Source: an uncultured bacterium
Lineage (GTDB): Bacteria; Actinomycetota; Actinomycetes; S36-B12; CAIKAW01
DNA length: 64,000 nt
Direction of reading: 5' to 3'
Assembly: GCA_903825575.1 (NCBI GenBank)
Contig: CAIKAW010000031.1
Span: forward strand, 131,469 to 195,468
This document shows, piece by piece, positions 18,675 to 27,881 of this stretch (position 1 is the stretch's first letter; every line of letters begins with the position of its first letter). The position numbers and the translations under genes are program-made. Under the pieces are notes generated by a model. That model was not told where the DNA came from. It searched no databases and saw only the letters and a program-made list of their open reading frames with translations.

Positions 18675-21605
18675 CTACTCGGCGAAGTCCTGCACCGGCG
18701 GGCAGGAACAAACTAGATGCCGATCCCCATACGCACCATCGATCCGACGCACCGGTGCCCAGTACTTGGTCTTCCGTAGCGATTCAACCGGGAAAACGGC
18801 CTCGGCGCGGCTGTATGGGTGTGTCCAGTCGTCGACAACACAGGCGGCGGTATGCGGCGAATTGACCAAGGGGTTATCGCCGGCCTGCCACTCCCCTGTG
18901 GCTACTCGATCAATTTCGGCGCGAATGGCAATCATCGCGTCACAGAACCGATCAAGTTCGGAAAGCGTTTCACTCTCGGTTGGCTCGACCATCAGCGTCC
19001 CGGCCACAGGGAACGACATGGTCGGTGCATGGAATCCGTAATCAATTAATCGCTTCGCAACGTCGTCCACGGTGACGCCCGTGTCGTGCGTGATCCCGCG
19101 CAAGTCCAAAATGCACTCGTGGGCTACCCGCCCTGTTTCGCCCGTGTATAGCACTGGGAAATACGGATTAAGTCGAGCTGCGATGTAGTTGGCAGACAGG
19201 ATCGCCACTTGGGTCGCCTGCAACAATCCCTGGGGTCCCATTAATCGGATGTATGCCCACGGAATAGGCAAAATGCCGGCACTACCCCAAGGCGCGCCGC
19301 TGATCGGCCCTTGGCCACCGTCGCCAAAACCGCGTCCACTTGGCCCAGCCTCCGGGCGCAGCGGGTGAGACGGCAGGAACGGTGCTAGATGCGCGCGAAC
19401 GGCAACCGGTCCGACGCCCGGACCCCCGCCGCCGTGAGGAATACAGAAGGTCTTGTGCAGATTCAGATGCGACACATCGCCGCCAAAACGCCCAGGCCTA
19501 GCCAGCCCAACCAACGCGTTCAGATTTGCGCCGTCCACGTAGACCTGTCCGCCAGCATCATGGACCAAGCCACAAATCCGACCGACGGCAGTTTCGAACA
19601 CGCCATGCGTCGACGGATAGGTGATCATCAAGGCCGCAAGTCGATGGCCTTGTTCGGTGATCTTCGCCTCAAGGTCTGTCACATCGACGTTGCCTTCCTC
19701 GTCGCAACCGACTACCACAACCCGAAGTCCAGCCATAACTGCGCTGGCAGCGTTGGTTCCATGGGCGCTCGACGGAATCAGGCAGACATCTCGCGAAGAG
19801 TCACCGCGAGAATCGTGGTAGGCCCGGATCGCAAGCAACCCAGCGAACTCCCCCTGCGACCCAGCATTCGGCTGCACTGATACAGCGTCATAGCCAGTTA
19901 TCTCCGCCAGCCACTCCTCAAGCTGGGTGATCAGATCGCGGAAACCAGCCGACCGATCAAGGGGCCCGAATGGGTGCAAGTCGGCAAACTCTGGCCACGT
20001 GATTGCCTCCATCTCGGTTGTGGCATTGAGTTTCATGGTGCATGAACCAAGCGGAATCATGGCCCGATCTAGCGCAATATCCAGATCCGCCAGACGCCGC
20101 AGATACCGGAGCATTCCGGTTTCACTGTGGTAGGCGTTGAAGACTTCGTGGGTCAAGAACTCAGACTCACGCCGCAGGCCATCCGGTATCGCCAGCCCCA
20201 CCGCGTCGAGCAACGCCGTGACATCGGGTTCGCCAACAGCTGGTACGACATGAGCGAACGCAGCAAATACCACCTGCAAGTGATGAGCAGTCGTCGTTTC
20301 CGAAGTGTTGACGGCAACTGTGTCTGCATCAACTAACCACAGGTCCACACCGAGCGAGCCCGCCGCGTTAACTACCTCTTGGGCCCGTCCGGCAACACTC
20401 ACACGCACTGTGTCGAAGAAGTTGTCGTGCATCAGGCGGATTCCGCCTGCCCGCAATCCTGTCGCTAAGGCCACTGCGGCCAGATGTGCGTTGGTGGCAA
20501 TCCGGCGCAAACCGTCAGGACCGTGATAGGCCGCATATGAGGAAGCCATGACTGCGAGGAGCACCTGTGCAGTACAGATATTGCTGGTGGCCTTCTCGCG
20601 TCTGATGTGCTGTTCGCGAGTCTGCAGCGCCAATCGATAAGCCGGAGCGCCCTGAGCATCAACGCTTACTCCGACCAGGCGACCGGGCATCGAACGTTCC
20701 AGGCCATCGCGCACCGACATGAATCCGGCATGGGGCCCGCCGAATCCGAACGGGACACCGAAGCGCTGAGCACTGCCGACACAGACGTCAGCGCCAAACT
20801 CCCCCGGCGGCTTCAGCAAAGTCAAGGCAAGCAAATCTGTGGCCACAGAGACCACTGCCCCGCGCTCCTTAGCAGCCGCCAAAACTGCACCTAGATCTGG
20901 AACCAGTCCCGAGGATGTCGGGTAAGAAAGCAAAACTCCAAAGAACTCGCCATCGGGCAGCCCGGCTGCCAAGTCAAATGTTGCAAGTTCGATTCCGAGC
21001 GGGTGGGCTCGGGTGGCGAGTACGGCCAACGTTTGTGGATGAGTGTCGGCCTCAATCAGGAATCGATTGCTCTTCACTTTGCTTGCGCGCCGCGCCAACG
21101 TCATCGCCTCTGCCGCCGCCGTTGGCTCATCCAATAGTGATGCGTTCGCAATTGGAAGACCTGTTAGATCTTCAATCATGGTCTGGAAATTCAGTAAGGC
21201 TTCTAATCTCCCCTGGGAGATCTCAGGCTGATACGGCGTATAAGCGGTGTACCAGGCCGGATTTTCCAAGATGTTCCGCAAAATCACCCCTGGCGTACGG
21301 GTGCCGTGATAGCCCAGCCCAATCATTGAAGTTGTCAGAACGTTGCGGTCCGCAAACGCACGCAATTCAGCTAGCACGGTGGCTTCATCCACGGCCGGCG
21401 GAAGGTTAAGCAAGTCACGCCACCGGATCGATCCGGGGACGACCGCTTCGCTGAGTTCATCTAGGGAAGTGAATCCAATGGCTGTCAGCATCGAAGTGAC
21501 ATCGCTAGGGTCTGGCCCGATGTGGCGATCTGCAAAAACTTCGGGACCAAAATCGGATTGGACGCTAACGCCCTGATTGCTGATATCTGACACTCGTGCT
21601 CCCAC
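18675..21605 (-). CDS. gcvP: Glycine dehydrogenase (decarboxylating), P-protein of the glycine cleavage system
   Basis: Full-length single-chain P-protein, about 970 aa ('FADRHIGP', the PLP-lysine region '[16 protein letters not shown]'). The start is probably the GTG at 21593 (RBS GGGAG) rather than 21605. Confidence 0.95.
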   Translation of the reverse strand: MGARVSDISNQGVSVQSDFGPEVFADRHIGPDPSDVTSMLTAIGFTSLDELSEAVVPGSIRWRDLLNLPPAVDEATVLAELRAFADRNVLTTSMIGLGYHGTRTPGVILRNILENPAWYTAYTPYQPEISQGRLEALLNFQTMIEDLTGLPIANASLLDEPTAAAEAMTLARRASKVKSNRFLIEADTHPQTLAVLATRAHPLGIELATFDLAAGLPDGEFFGVLLSYPTSSGLVPDLGAVLAAAKERGAVVSVATDLLALTLLKPPGEFGADVCVGSAQRFGVPFGFGGPHAGFMSVRDGLERSMPGRLVGVSVDAQGAPAYRLALQTREQHIRREKATSNICTAQVLLAVMASSYAAYHGPDGLRRIATNAHLAAVALATGLRAGGIRLMHDNFFDTVRVSVAGRAQEVVNAAGSLGVDLWLVDADTVAVNTSETTTAHHLQVVFAAFAHVVPAVGEPDVTALLDAVGLAIPDGLRRESEFLTHEVFNAYHSETGMLRYLRRLADLDIALDRAMIPLGSCTMKLNATTEMEAITWPEFADLHPFGPLDRSAGFRDLITQLEEWLAEITGYDAVSVQPNAGSQGEFAGLLAIRAYHDSRGDSSRDVCLIPSSAHGTNAASAVMAGLRVVVVGCDEEGNVDVTDLEAKITEQGHRLAALMITYPSTHGVFETAVGRICGLVHDAGGQVYVDGANLNALVGLARPGRFGGDVSHLNLHKTFCIPHGGGGPGVGPVAVRAHLAPFLPSHPLRPEAGPSGRGFGDGGQGPISGAPWGSAGILPIPWAYIRLMGPQGLLQATQVAILSANYIAARLNPYFPVLYTGETGRVAHECILDLRGITHDTGVTVDDVAKRLIDYGFHAPTMSFPVAGTLMVEPTESETLSELDRFCDAMIAIRAEIDRVATGEWQAGDNPLVNSPHTAACVVDDWTHPYSRAEAVFPVESLRKTKYWAPVRRIDGAYGDRHLVCSCPPVQDFAE

Positions 21606-21659
21606 AGCCGGCCCGTCGGGGACGGGTTAGTCGCAACGGGCACGCGGATGCGTCCCGTT

Positions 21660-21850
21660 CGACTCCCATCTGTCCCTCGCGACACCGTCGCGACCTGAGA
21701 GCTTCGGCCGAAGCCTTGCACCGTCGGTGGGGTCTTGCGACCCGCTTTCCAGATCTGCCTGCCCCACCCGGTCCTTTGGCCTGAGAGGTTTCGGGAGTGA
21801 TTGCTCCTTCGGCGCCTACCACTGGCCGTGGCAGGACTCTCCCGTGTGGG
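21660..21850 (-). promoter_or_regulatory. Tandem glycine riboswitch in the gcvP leader
   Basis: The minus strand reads 'CGGGAGAGTCCTGCC...GGCGCCGAAGGAGCAA...CTCTCAGGC..AAAGGACCG' (aptamer 1). It then reads 'CTGGAAAGCGG...CACCGACGGTGCAA..CTCTCAGGT...GGGACAG' (aptamer 2). It lies directly upstream of gcvP. Confidence 0.85.
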
Positions 21851-21877
21851 GTTATCAGCGGGTTTAGTCTACGCCCG

Positions 21878-22513
21878 CTAGCTGATGCGGCGAGCGCGGC
21901 GCACTGCGAGTTCGTCACCGGAGAGAATCACGTCGGCGGCGGGCTCGGTCGGTAAGGATGCCAGCGAGCCTTCAACTTCGTTCCAGACCCGCCCCAGTGC
22001 GATCCCGAAAACTCCCTGTCCCCCGCGGACCAGGTCGATAATCTCGTCTTCGGACCGACACTCATAAACGCTGGCGCCATCGCTCATAAGGGTAATTCGC
22101 GCAAGATCGTCAACGCCATGATCTCGAAGCGTGCTAACGGCCGCGCGAATGTTCTGCAGCGATACCCCAGTATCAAGCAGCCGCTTAACAACCTTAAGCA
22201 CCAAGATGTCCCGGAAGCCATACAGGCGCAGACTCCCAGACCCAGCTGCCGGCCGAATCGAAGGTTCCAACAGTCCGGTGCGAGCCCAATAGTCCAGTTG
22301 GCGATATGAGATGCCAGCCGCGGCACAGGCGATTGGCCCGCGGTAGCCCACATCTTCACCGGGGCGAACCGGTTCGTCGAACAGCCAACCTTGCTGTCCG
22401 CCGTTGCCGTCCCCACCAGTCATCGCACTCTCCGCTTCAGGTCGGTCGCCACGAGGTTTGACAACCAAATGGCTAGCAATGAGCACGCTAGGCCCGACTC
22501 CGGTCCCGGTCAA
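21878..22513 (-). CDS. MerR family transcriptional regulator (Rv1830-like position)
   Basis: MerR HTH 'ISYRQLDYWARTGLL.PS.....GS.RLY.F.D...L'. Conserved position between gcvP and the DUF151 nuclease. Confidence 0.8.
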   Translation of the reverse strand: MTGTGVGPSVLIASHLVVKPRGDRPEAESAMTGGDGNGGQQGWLFDEPVRPGEDVGYRGPIACAAAGISYRQLDYWARTGLLEPSIRPAAGSGSLRLYGFRDILVLKVVKRLLDTGVSLQNIRAAVSTLRDHGVDDLARITLMSDGASVYECRSEDEIIDLVRGGQGVFGIALGRVWNEVEGSLASLPTEPAADVILSGDELAVRRARRIS

Positions 22514-22555
22514 TTACAACCGTGACCGACACGCCGTACCCTTGATCAGCAATAT

Positions 22556-23053
22556 CTAAACCTCAGGTGGAGGTTGTATTTCAGGCCCCCCTGGGGCGAA
22601 ATCGGCCGGATTGATCTGATCTAGGAAGTCGCGGAAGGCTTCAACTTCATCCTCCTGCTCATCCACGACCTCGATTCCAGCCTGGTCGAGGACCGAATCG
22701 CTGCCGTAGATGTTTGTTCCTGTACGCAGGGCTAGGGCAATCGCATCCGAGGGACGAGCTGAGACTTCGACCTGGTCCGCGAACACCAGCAAGGCGTAGA
22801 AAATCCCATCGCGTAATTCGGTAATGCGAACCTCAGTCAGTTCTTTACCAAAGGCGCCAACAACATCGCGCAGAAGATCGTGCGTCAACGGGCGAGGTGG
22901 AACAACGCCTTGCTGTGCATAAGCGATTGCAGCGGCCTCAGCCGCGCCGATCCAGATCGGCAGCACGCGTGCACCTTCGACCTCGCGCAACAGGACCAAG
23001 GTTTGGTTCGCTGCCACTTCGAGTCGAATTCCGACCACATCCAACTGCCGCAT
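22556..23053 (-). CDS. Bifunctional nuclease family protein (DUF151)
   Basis: 'LLRE..G.R.LPIWIG..EA.AIA......V..RP.THDL' is typical of DUF151. Synteny matches Rv1829. Confidence 0.75.
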   Translation of the reverse strand: MRQLDVVGIRLEVAANQTLVLLREVEGARVLPIWIGAAEAAAIAYAQQGVVPPRPLTHDLLRDVVGAFGKELTEVRITELRDGIFYALLVFADQVEVSARPSDAIALALRTGTNIYGSDSVLDQAGIEVVDEQEDEVEAFRDFLDQINPADFAPGGPEIQPPPEV

Positions 23054-23099
23054 ACCTCAGACCCTACCCGCGTTAGCGCCAAGTCGCTGCGGCCTACGG

Positions 23100-23834
23100 C
23101 TAGTTGCCGCCAAGGACCCGAGCCACCCCTGCCCGCACCAGGGCTACGTGCAGTTGGACCGACCGCAAGGCCAGTTCGCGTGCTGTGTCGGTAGCCCGAG
23201 CCCGGGCGTCAGGGTCGCGTTGACGCAACACTGGAGTAACGACCGCCTCTACCAGCCCCACTTCGCGATCGGCGGCCACCTTAAACGAACGAAGGTGGCG
23301 TGGCTCTAGACCAAAACGCGTAAGTTCGGCGACCGCGTGGGCAATTTCCAGTCCCGTCGAGTCGTAATGCCAGGTCCCGGGGCGCGGGCCCAGCAGACCG
23401 TACGACTCCAGCGAGGCCAATTGCATTTCACTTAGTCCCGTTGCAGAAAGGAGTTCATCCTTTGACAGGCGTAAGTCGGCTGACCGATCAGGATCTACCA
23501 GCCCTTCGATCGAAGGCATTTGGCCATTTCGCGGCGCTTGCGGAGCACCATCGGATATTGGTGGCGGTTCTAGCCCGCGATCTAAAGCATCGAGATGGTC
23601 GCGAATTACGCGCAACGGAAGATAGTTATCACGCTGCATACGAAGCACGTACCGAAGCCGGTCGACGTGTGTCGGAGTGAACTTTCGGTAACCACTGGAA
23701 GTGCGGCTCGGTGTAACCAGGCCTTCAGTTTCCAAGAACCTGATCTTGGAGATCGTGACGTCAGAAAAGTCTGGGCGCAACTGCGACAAGACTTCTCCGA
23801 TGCCCAGCAGGCCATCAGTTGGCTCAGCGCTCAC
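23100..23834 (-). CDS. MerR family transcriptional regulator (Rv1828-like)
   Basis: N-terminal MerR HTH ('IGEVLSQLRPDFSDVTISKIRFLETEGLVTPSRTSSGYRKF') plus a C-terminal helical domain. The stop and start overlap with garA. Confidence 0.8.
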   Translation of the reverse strand: MSAEPTDGLLGIGEVLSQLRPDFSDVTISKIRFLETEGLVTPSRTSSGYRKFTPTHVDRLRYVLRMQRDNYLPLRVIRDHLDALDRGLEPPPISDGAPQAPRNGQMPSIEGLVDPDRSADLRLSKDELLSATGLSEMQLASLESYGLLGPRPGTWHYDSTGLEIAHAVAELTRFGLEPRHLRSFKVAADREVGLVEAVVTPVLRQRDPDARARATDTARELALRSVQLHVALVRAGVARVLGGN

Positions 23835-24319
23835 TCGGCATCAGCCGGTGTCCCCCACCGGTAGCCGAATCGGTACTTGCCGATCTGTACCTCGTCGTGG
23901 TCATGCAGTTCCTGGGAGTCAATCCGAGTGCGGTTTACGTATGTGCCGTTCAGGCTGCCCGTATCGACCAGTTCCCAGCCTGCTTCGACGGTTCGGAACT
24001 GCGCATGGTGTCGACTAACGGTTACGTCATCCAAGAAGATCCCACAATCTGGGGCCCGTCCTACAGTGACCGGTGAGCCAGTAAGTAAGAAGTACTCCCC
24101 CGCCCCAGGGCCTCGGGTGACCACTAACGCAGCCTCACCGGGTCCCAGCACCACTCCGCCAGTGGCGTCAAACTGCGGCAACTCGCCACTGTCATGTACC
24201 GGTACGGTGCCGGTAGCCGTAATCGGATCCATCGTTGCAACCAGGCCAGCGCCACAGTTGCGGCAGAAGCGGTCGGCGTCAGCAGTCGACGCGCCGCACG
24301 TCCCGCAGTGAGTTGGCAT
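23831..24319 (-). CDS. garA: FHA-domain regulator of the GarA/OdhI family with an N-terminal zinc-ribbon
   Basis: The FHA core is almost collinear with OdhI/GarA ('LVVTRGPGAG..FLL....VTVGR.PD..IFLDDVTVSRHHA.F......W.LVD.GSLNGTYVN'). The N-terminus carries CGTCG...CRNCG. Confidence 0.85.
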   Translation of the reverse strand: MPTHCGTCGASTADADRFCRNCGAGLVATMDPITATGTVPVHDSGELPQFDATGGVVLGPGEAALVVTRGPGAGEYFLLTGSPVTVGRAPDCGIFLDDVTVSRHHAQFRTVEAGWELVDTGSLNGTYVNRTRIDSQELHDHDEVQIGKYRFGYRWGTPADAE

Positions 24320-24410
24320 GGCTAATCCCTCCAGAGTGTCGACCTCTACTCAAGGCTTCTACCAGCCACGCTAGGCAGGTCAGCCGCACTGGTCAACCCT
24401 GAAATTAATA

Positions 24411-24803
24411 CTAGAGACGCCCAATGAAGTCGGCATACTCAGTGGCATCCAAGAGTTCATCGAGTTCATCGCTCGATTCAACCTCGACCATCCAACCTTG
24501 ACCGTATGGGTCGGAGTTAACCGTCTCGGGCGAACCGTCAAGCAATTCATTCACCGAGATCACCGTGCCAGTCACCGGTGAATATAGGTCGCTGACGCTC
24601 TTTGTCGACTCGACCTCGCCACATGCGGAACCGGCCACAACCAAACTGCCTACTCCTGGCAGCGAGACGTAGACGATGTCACCGAGGGCCTGCTGGGCGT
24701 AGTCCGTAATCCCAAAGCGCACTAAGCGGGACTCACCAACGCGCACCCATTCGTGTTCATTGGTGTACTTCAGGTCTTCCGGATCCATTTCTCCTCCATC
24801 CAA
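24411..24803 (-). CDS. gcvH: Glycine cleavage system H protein
   Basis: Lipoyl-lysine motif 'EVESTKSVSDLYSPV' and 'YT.EHEWVR'. The start may be the ATG at 24788. Confidence 0.95.
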   Translation of the reverse strand: MDGGEMDPEDLKYTNEHEWVRVGESRLVRFGITDYAQQALGDIVYVSLPGVGSLVVAGSACGEVESTKSVSDLYSPVTGTVISVNELLDGSPETVNSDPYGQGWMVEVESSDELDELLDATEYADFIGRL

Positions 24804-24855
24804 AACGCACTCGGATCACCATACCGAGCGACCCCAACCCTTGGTCAGGGCCGGG

Positions 24856-25461
24856 TTACCTGATCTGAAGAAAGTCGCCGTGGGAACCGATCAGAAATTT
24901 GCGAGCTTGGCGCAAGTAAAGCCAGCCCGCATAGCCATAAAGCCCGGTTCCCCAACCTGCTAAAGCCCAGCCCAGGACCAGAGCGGTTCGGGCGAATCCG
25001 GTGGAGCCGGCGCCGAGCAGTAACAGCGGAAAAGCCAACATGAGATTGAACGTTGCCGCCTTCCCTAGAAAATGGACTGGCAAACCAATGACACCTCGGC
25101 GTTTTAACGCGGCTAAAACACCGGCCAACACAAGGTCGCGACCTACCAGCAGTGCCGGCAACCACCACGGAATGATCCCCCGCACGAGCAACCCAAATAG
25201 CGTGGCAAGGACGTACAACCGATCAGCTAGCGGGTCTAGAAGTTGCCCCAAGCGACTAATTGACCCGGTCGCACGTGCCACAAATCCGTCAAGCCAATCA
25301 GTGGCCGCCGACCCAATGAGTACCGCTGCGGCCCACCCGTCGGCCCGGGGTCCTAGGACCAGCCAAAGGAAGACCGGAACGCCAACAAGACGCAATGCCG
25401 TAAGCCCGTTGGGAATGGTCAGTATCCGGTCGGTCTGGATCGCCGTCTCCTGAATCCGCAT
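24856..25461 (-). CDS. pgsA: CDP-alcohol phosphatidyltransferase (PgsA-like)
   Basis: CDP-alcohol motif 'DWLDGFVAR....SRLGQLLDPLADR' plus several TM segments. Confidence 0.85.
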   Translation of the reverse strand: MRIQETAIQTDRILTIPNGLTALRLVGVPVFLWLVLGPRADGWAAAVLIGSAATDWLDGFVARATGSISRLGQLLDPLADRLYVLATLFGLLVRGIIPWWLPALLVGRDLVLAGVLAALKRRGVIGLPVHFLGKAATFNLMLAFPLLLLGAGSTGFARTALVLGWALAGWGTGLYGYAGWLYLRQARKFLIGSHGDFLQIR

Positions 25462-25471
25462 GCCATGACCC

Positions 25472-26215
25472 TTAACTAATTTGTAACGGTGGGACGATGC
25501 GAATCTTGCTCAAGCCGCCGGTCCTGAGCAACTCGGCGTACTTGGCTAGGTCCTCGGGAGCAGCTTCGGCCCAACCGTCAGCTGGATGTCTGACCCCGTG
25601 CCGGCGAAATGGGTTCAGCACCACCTGCAACTCGGGGTCCACCCGACTCAACCACGCTCCAGTCCTGCGCAAGAGGTCCGGATCGTCATTGACCCCTCCC
25701 ACAATCAAGAGTCTGACCTCATAGAGAAGCCCAACGCTGGCCAGCAGCTCAATCGAATCCAAAACTTGAGTTACCGGCTTGCCAGTCAGTTCCAGATGCA
25801 ACTGCGGATCAAAAGTCTTTAGGTCAAGCATCGCCCCATCAAGAACCGGAACGAGAGTGCTCCAGACCTCCGGAGTAGTAGCGCCATTGCTATCCACAAA
25901 CCGAGTGAGATCTCGAAGTTCGGGATCTGCCTGCAGGTGCGTGAAAAACTCCGCCAAGAATTCCGGCTGAAATGTTGCTTCCCCGCCCGACACCGTGATA
26001 CCTGAAATAAAGGGCGCACTAGCCCTTACTTCGTCGACCAAATCAATGATCGTCATCGACCGCGCATGGACCGACTGAGCTGCAATCGTCTGCGGGTTAT
26101 GACAGGCCTTGCAATCGAAATTGCACCCTTGAAGAAAGATCGTGGTTCGGTTTCCCGGACCATCAACCCACGAAAACGGAATAACGTCAGCGACTAGCCC
26201 GCGGAGAACTTTCAA
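25472..26215 (-). CDS. Glycyl-radical enzyme activating protein (YjjW-like radical SAM activase)
   Basis: 'SWVDGPGNRTTIFLQGCNFDCKACHNP' (CxxxCxxC) is typical of PFL-AE-type activases. It overlaps the 3' end of the upstream GRE gene. Confidence 0.8.
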   Translation of the reverse strand: MKVLRGLVADVIPFSWVDGPGNRTTIFLQGCNFDCKACHNPQTIAAQSVHARSMTIIDLVDEVRASAPFISGITVSGGEATFQPEFLAEFFTHLQADPELRDLTRFVDSNGATTPEVWSTLVPVLDGAMLDLKTFDPQLHLELTGKPVTQVLDSIELLASVGLLYEVRLLIVGGVNDDPDLLRRTGAWLSRVDPELQVVLNPFRRHGVRHPADGWAEAAPEDLAKYAELLRTGGLSKIRIVPPLQIS

Positions 26216-27737
26216 GACTTACCACCCGCTTCACCGCACGATCGTCCACGTGCGAGAACTCCACCGCCCCGGCGCCTAAGCCAGTGCTGGAATGACGCAC
26301 TCCCTCCGCATGGACTTTCGCGAGATCCGACTTTCGGACCAGGTATCCAGTGATTCGGATGAAGTCGTTGCTGTCCAGATTGAAAGTGAAATCGCGCATC
26401 CCCTGAGCGAAGGCGCCGCGGATGATGTCAACAACAGCATCAGGATTGCGAACAACCGTTTCATCAAAACTAAGGACGTCGCTGATTCCGGCTGCGAAGT
26501 ACTTGTGATGCGGCGCGACGGTCTTCAAGTGGCGAGCAAGACCAGGTTCGGTGCCAACTGGGATCCGCGTACCGGCGGTAACGTCGCGATCAGAATCAAT
26601 ACCAGATTGGGAATGCAGGAAAGCTCGGCCGTCATTGCCTCGGCAATATGGCATCTCGGTCGCCGCAACGAGTTCGGCTACTCGTTCAGTAATGCGAAGG
26701 GCAACGTCGTCTGTTGCCTCGCTATGCCCGTACTTGCCCAACCTCCCGCCGCGTTCTTCCAACAGTTCGGCAGCTTCTGCTAAACCGAAGATCCCAAACA
26801 TGGCCGAGAACCGTTCAAGGCTCAAAAGCCCCTCGGCTACTAGCCAACTGTGGTTGTAGAACCCTGAGTCCTCTACCAAGTATCGAATCCGGCTGGCCAT
26901 CAATTCAGCAGTCAAATCCACAAAATGCGGCAGCGTCGTTGCTAGGAAGGATTCAAAGTCGCCATCATGCGCCAAGACCGCTTCGCGCAGGTTAAGTCGG
27001 ACCAAGGTATGGGACCCGCCACCGACAGGAAGGGAGTTATAGCAGCTAACTGCCGCATACGCTGGCCCCAAATCAGCCACCATCATTGGCTCATTGACGA
27101 AGTGTGGCTGGCCACATTCGAAAACGGTCTCAACTGCATCTCTTAGCAAGTCGTCCGGAGTGCGATCGGGATCAACGTGCAGCGATACGTTCGGGACAAC
27201 CTGCCTGAGCTCGCGTTCCAAGCGCAGCACCAGCCGTGCTAACCGGCTATCGTCTGGACCTAGATTTGTATGGGTAAATGCATCGGGAAACATGCGGTCG
27301 AGCGAAATCCAGAACAACCTCAATTTGCGGTGTAGCTCGTCATCATCGATGTCGGATACGTACGGGGCGAGCAATTTGTCGAAGTCCCCTAGGTAGACCG
27401 GATACCCCGTGATCGAAGGCGTATAGGTATAGGCGATAAGCAAATTTGCGAGCGCGGAATCTAGATCGCCTGCTGGGGCAAGTTCGAGAAACGCCGACCC
27501 GTTGGCCAATACTTTTGAGTACTCCGGAAGCAGATATCGCGGACGATAGGGGGCGTTTCCTTCGTACATATCGCAGATGATGCGCTTATCGAGTGCGGCG
27601 GCGGCGGCCACGGACAGGCTCGGCGCCTCAAGGGCGTTCTCAGCCAACCCCGCCAAGGCTTGTACGCGCTGCCGGTAGGTCAGTGTCGGGTCATTAATGG
27701 TGGCTCGGATTAGGCCCGAGAGCTCTTCATGCTCCAT
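26187..27737 (-). CDS. YjjI-family glycine radical enzyme (DUF3029-like)
   Basis: 516 aa counted from the ATG at 27737; the track ORF is extended to 28046. A C-terminal glycyl-radical-like motif 'FIRITGYLV' has its Gly codon at 26346-26348. It is coupled to an activase gene. Confidence 0.7.
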   Translation of the reverse strand: MEHEELSGLIRATINDPTLTYRQRVQALAGLAENALEAPSLSVAAAAALDKRIICDMYEGNAPYRPRYLLPEYSKVLANGSAFLELAPAGDLDSALANLLIAYTYTPSITGYPVYLGDFDKLLAPYVSDIDDDELHRKLRLFWISLDRMFPDAFTHTNLGPDDSRLARLVLRLERELRQVVPNVSLHVDPDRTPDDLLRDAVETVFECGQPHFVNEPMMVADLGPAYAAVSCYNSLPVGGGSHTLVRLNLREAVLAHDGDFESFLATTLPHFVDLTAELMASRIRYLVEDSGFYNHSWLVAEGLLSLERFSAMFGIFGLAEAAELLEERGGRLGKYGHSEATDDVALRITERVAELVAATEMPYCRGNDGRAFLHSQSGIDSDRDVTAGTRIPVGTEPGLARHLKTVAPHHKYFAAGISDVLSFDETVVRNPDAVVDIIRGAFAQGMRDFTFNLDSNDFIRITGYLVRKSDLAKVHAEGVRHSSTGLGAGAVEFSHVDDRAVKRVVSLESSPRASR

Positions 27738-27881
27738 CCCGCAAGCCTGCCCGCTTCCGACCTTTGCTGCAAGGACCGAGCAGCCCGGATAGAGGGGCCC
27801 TTTACCGCTCGCAGCCAGCCGACGCGCCGTAAACCTACGCCCCCGTAGGTTACGGATCCGTAGGTAGGGCACAATGGCCCT

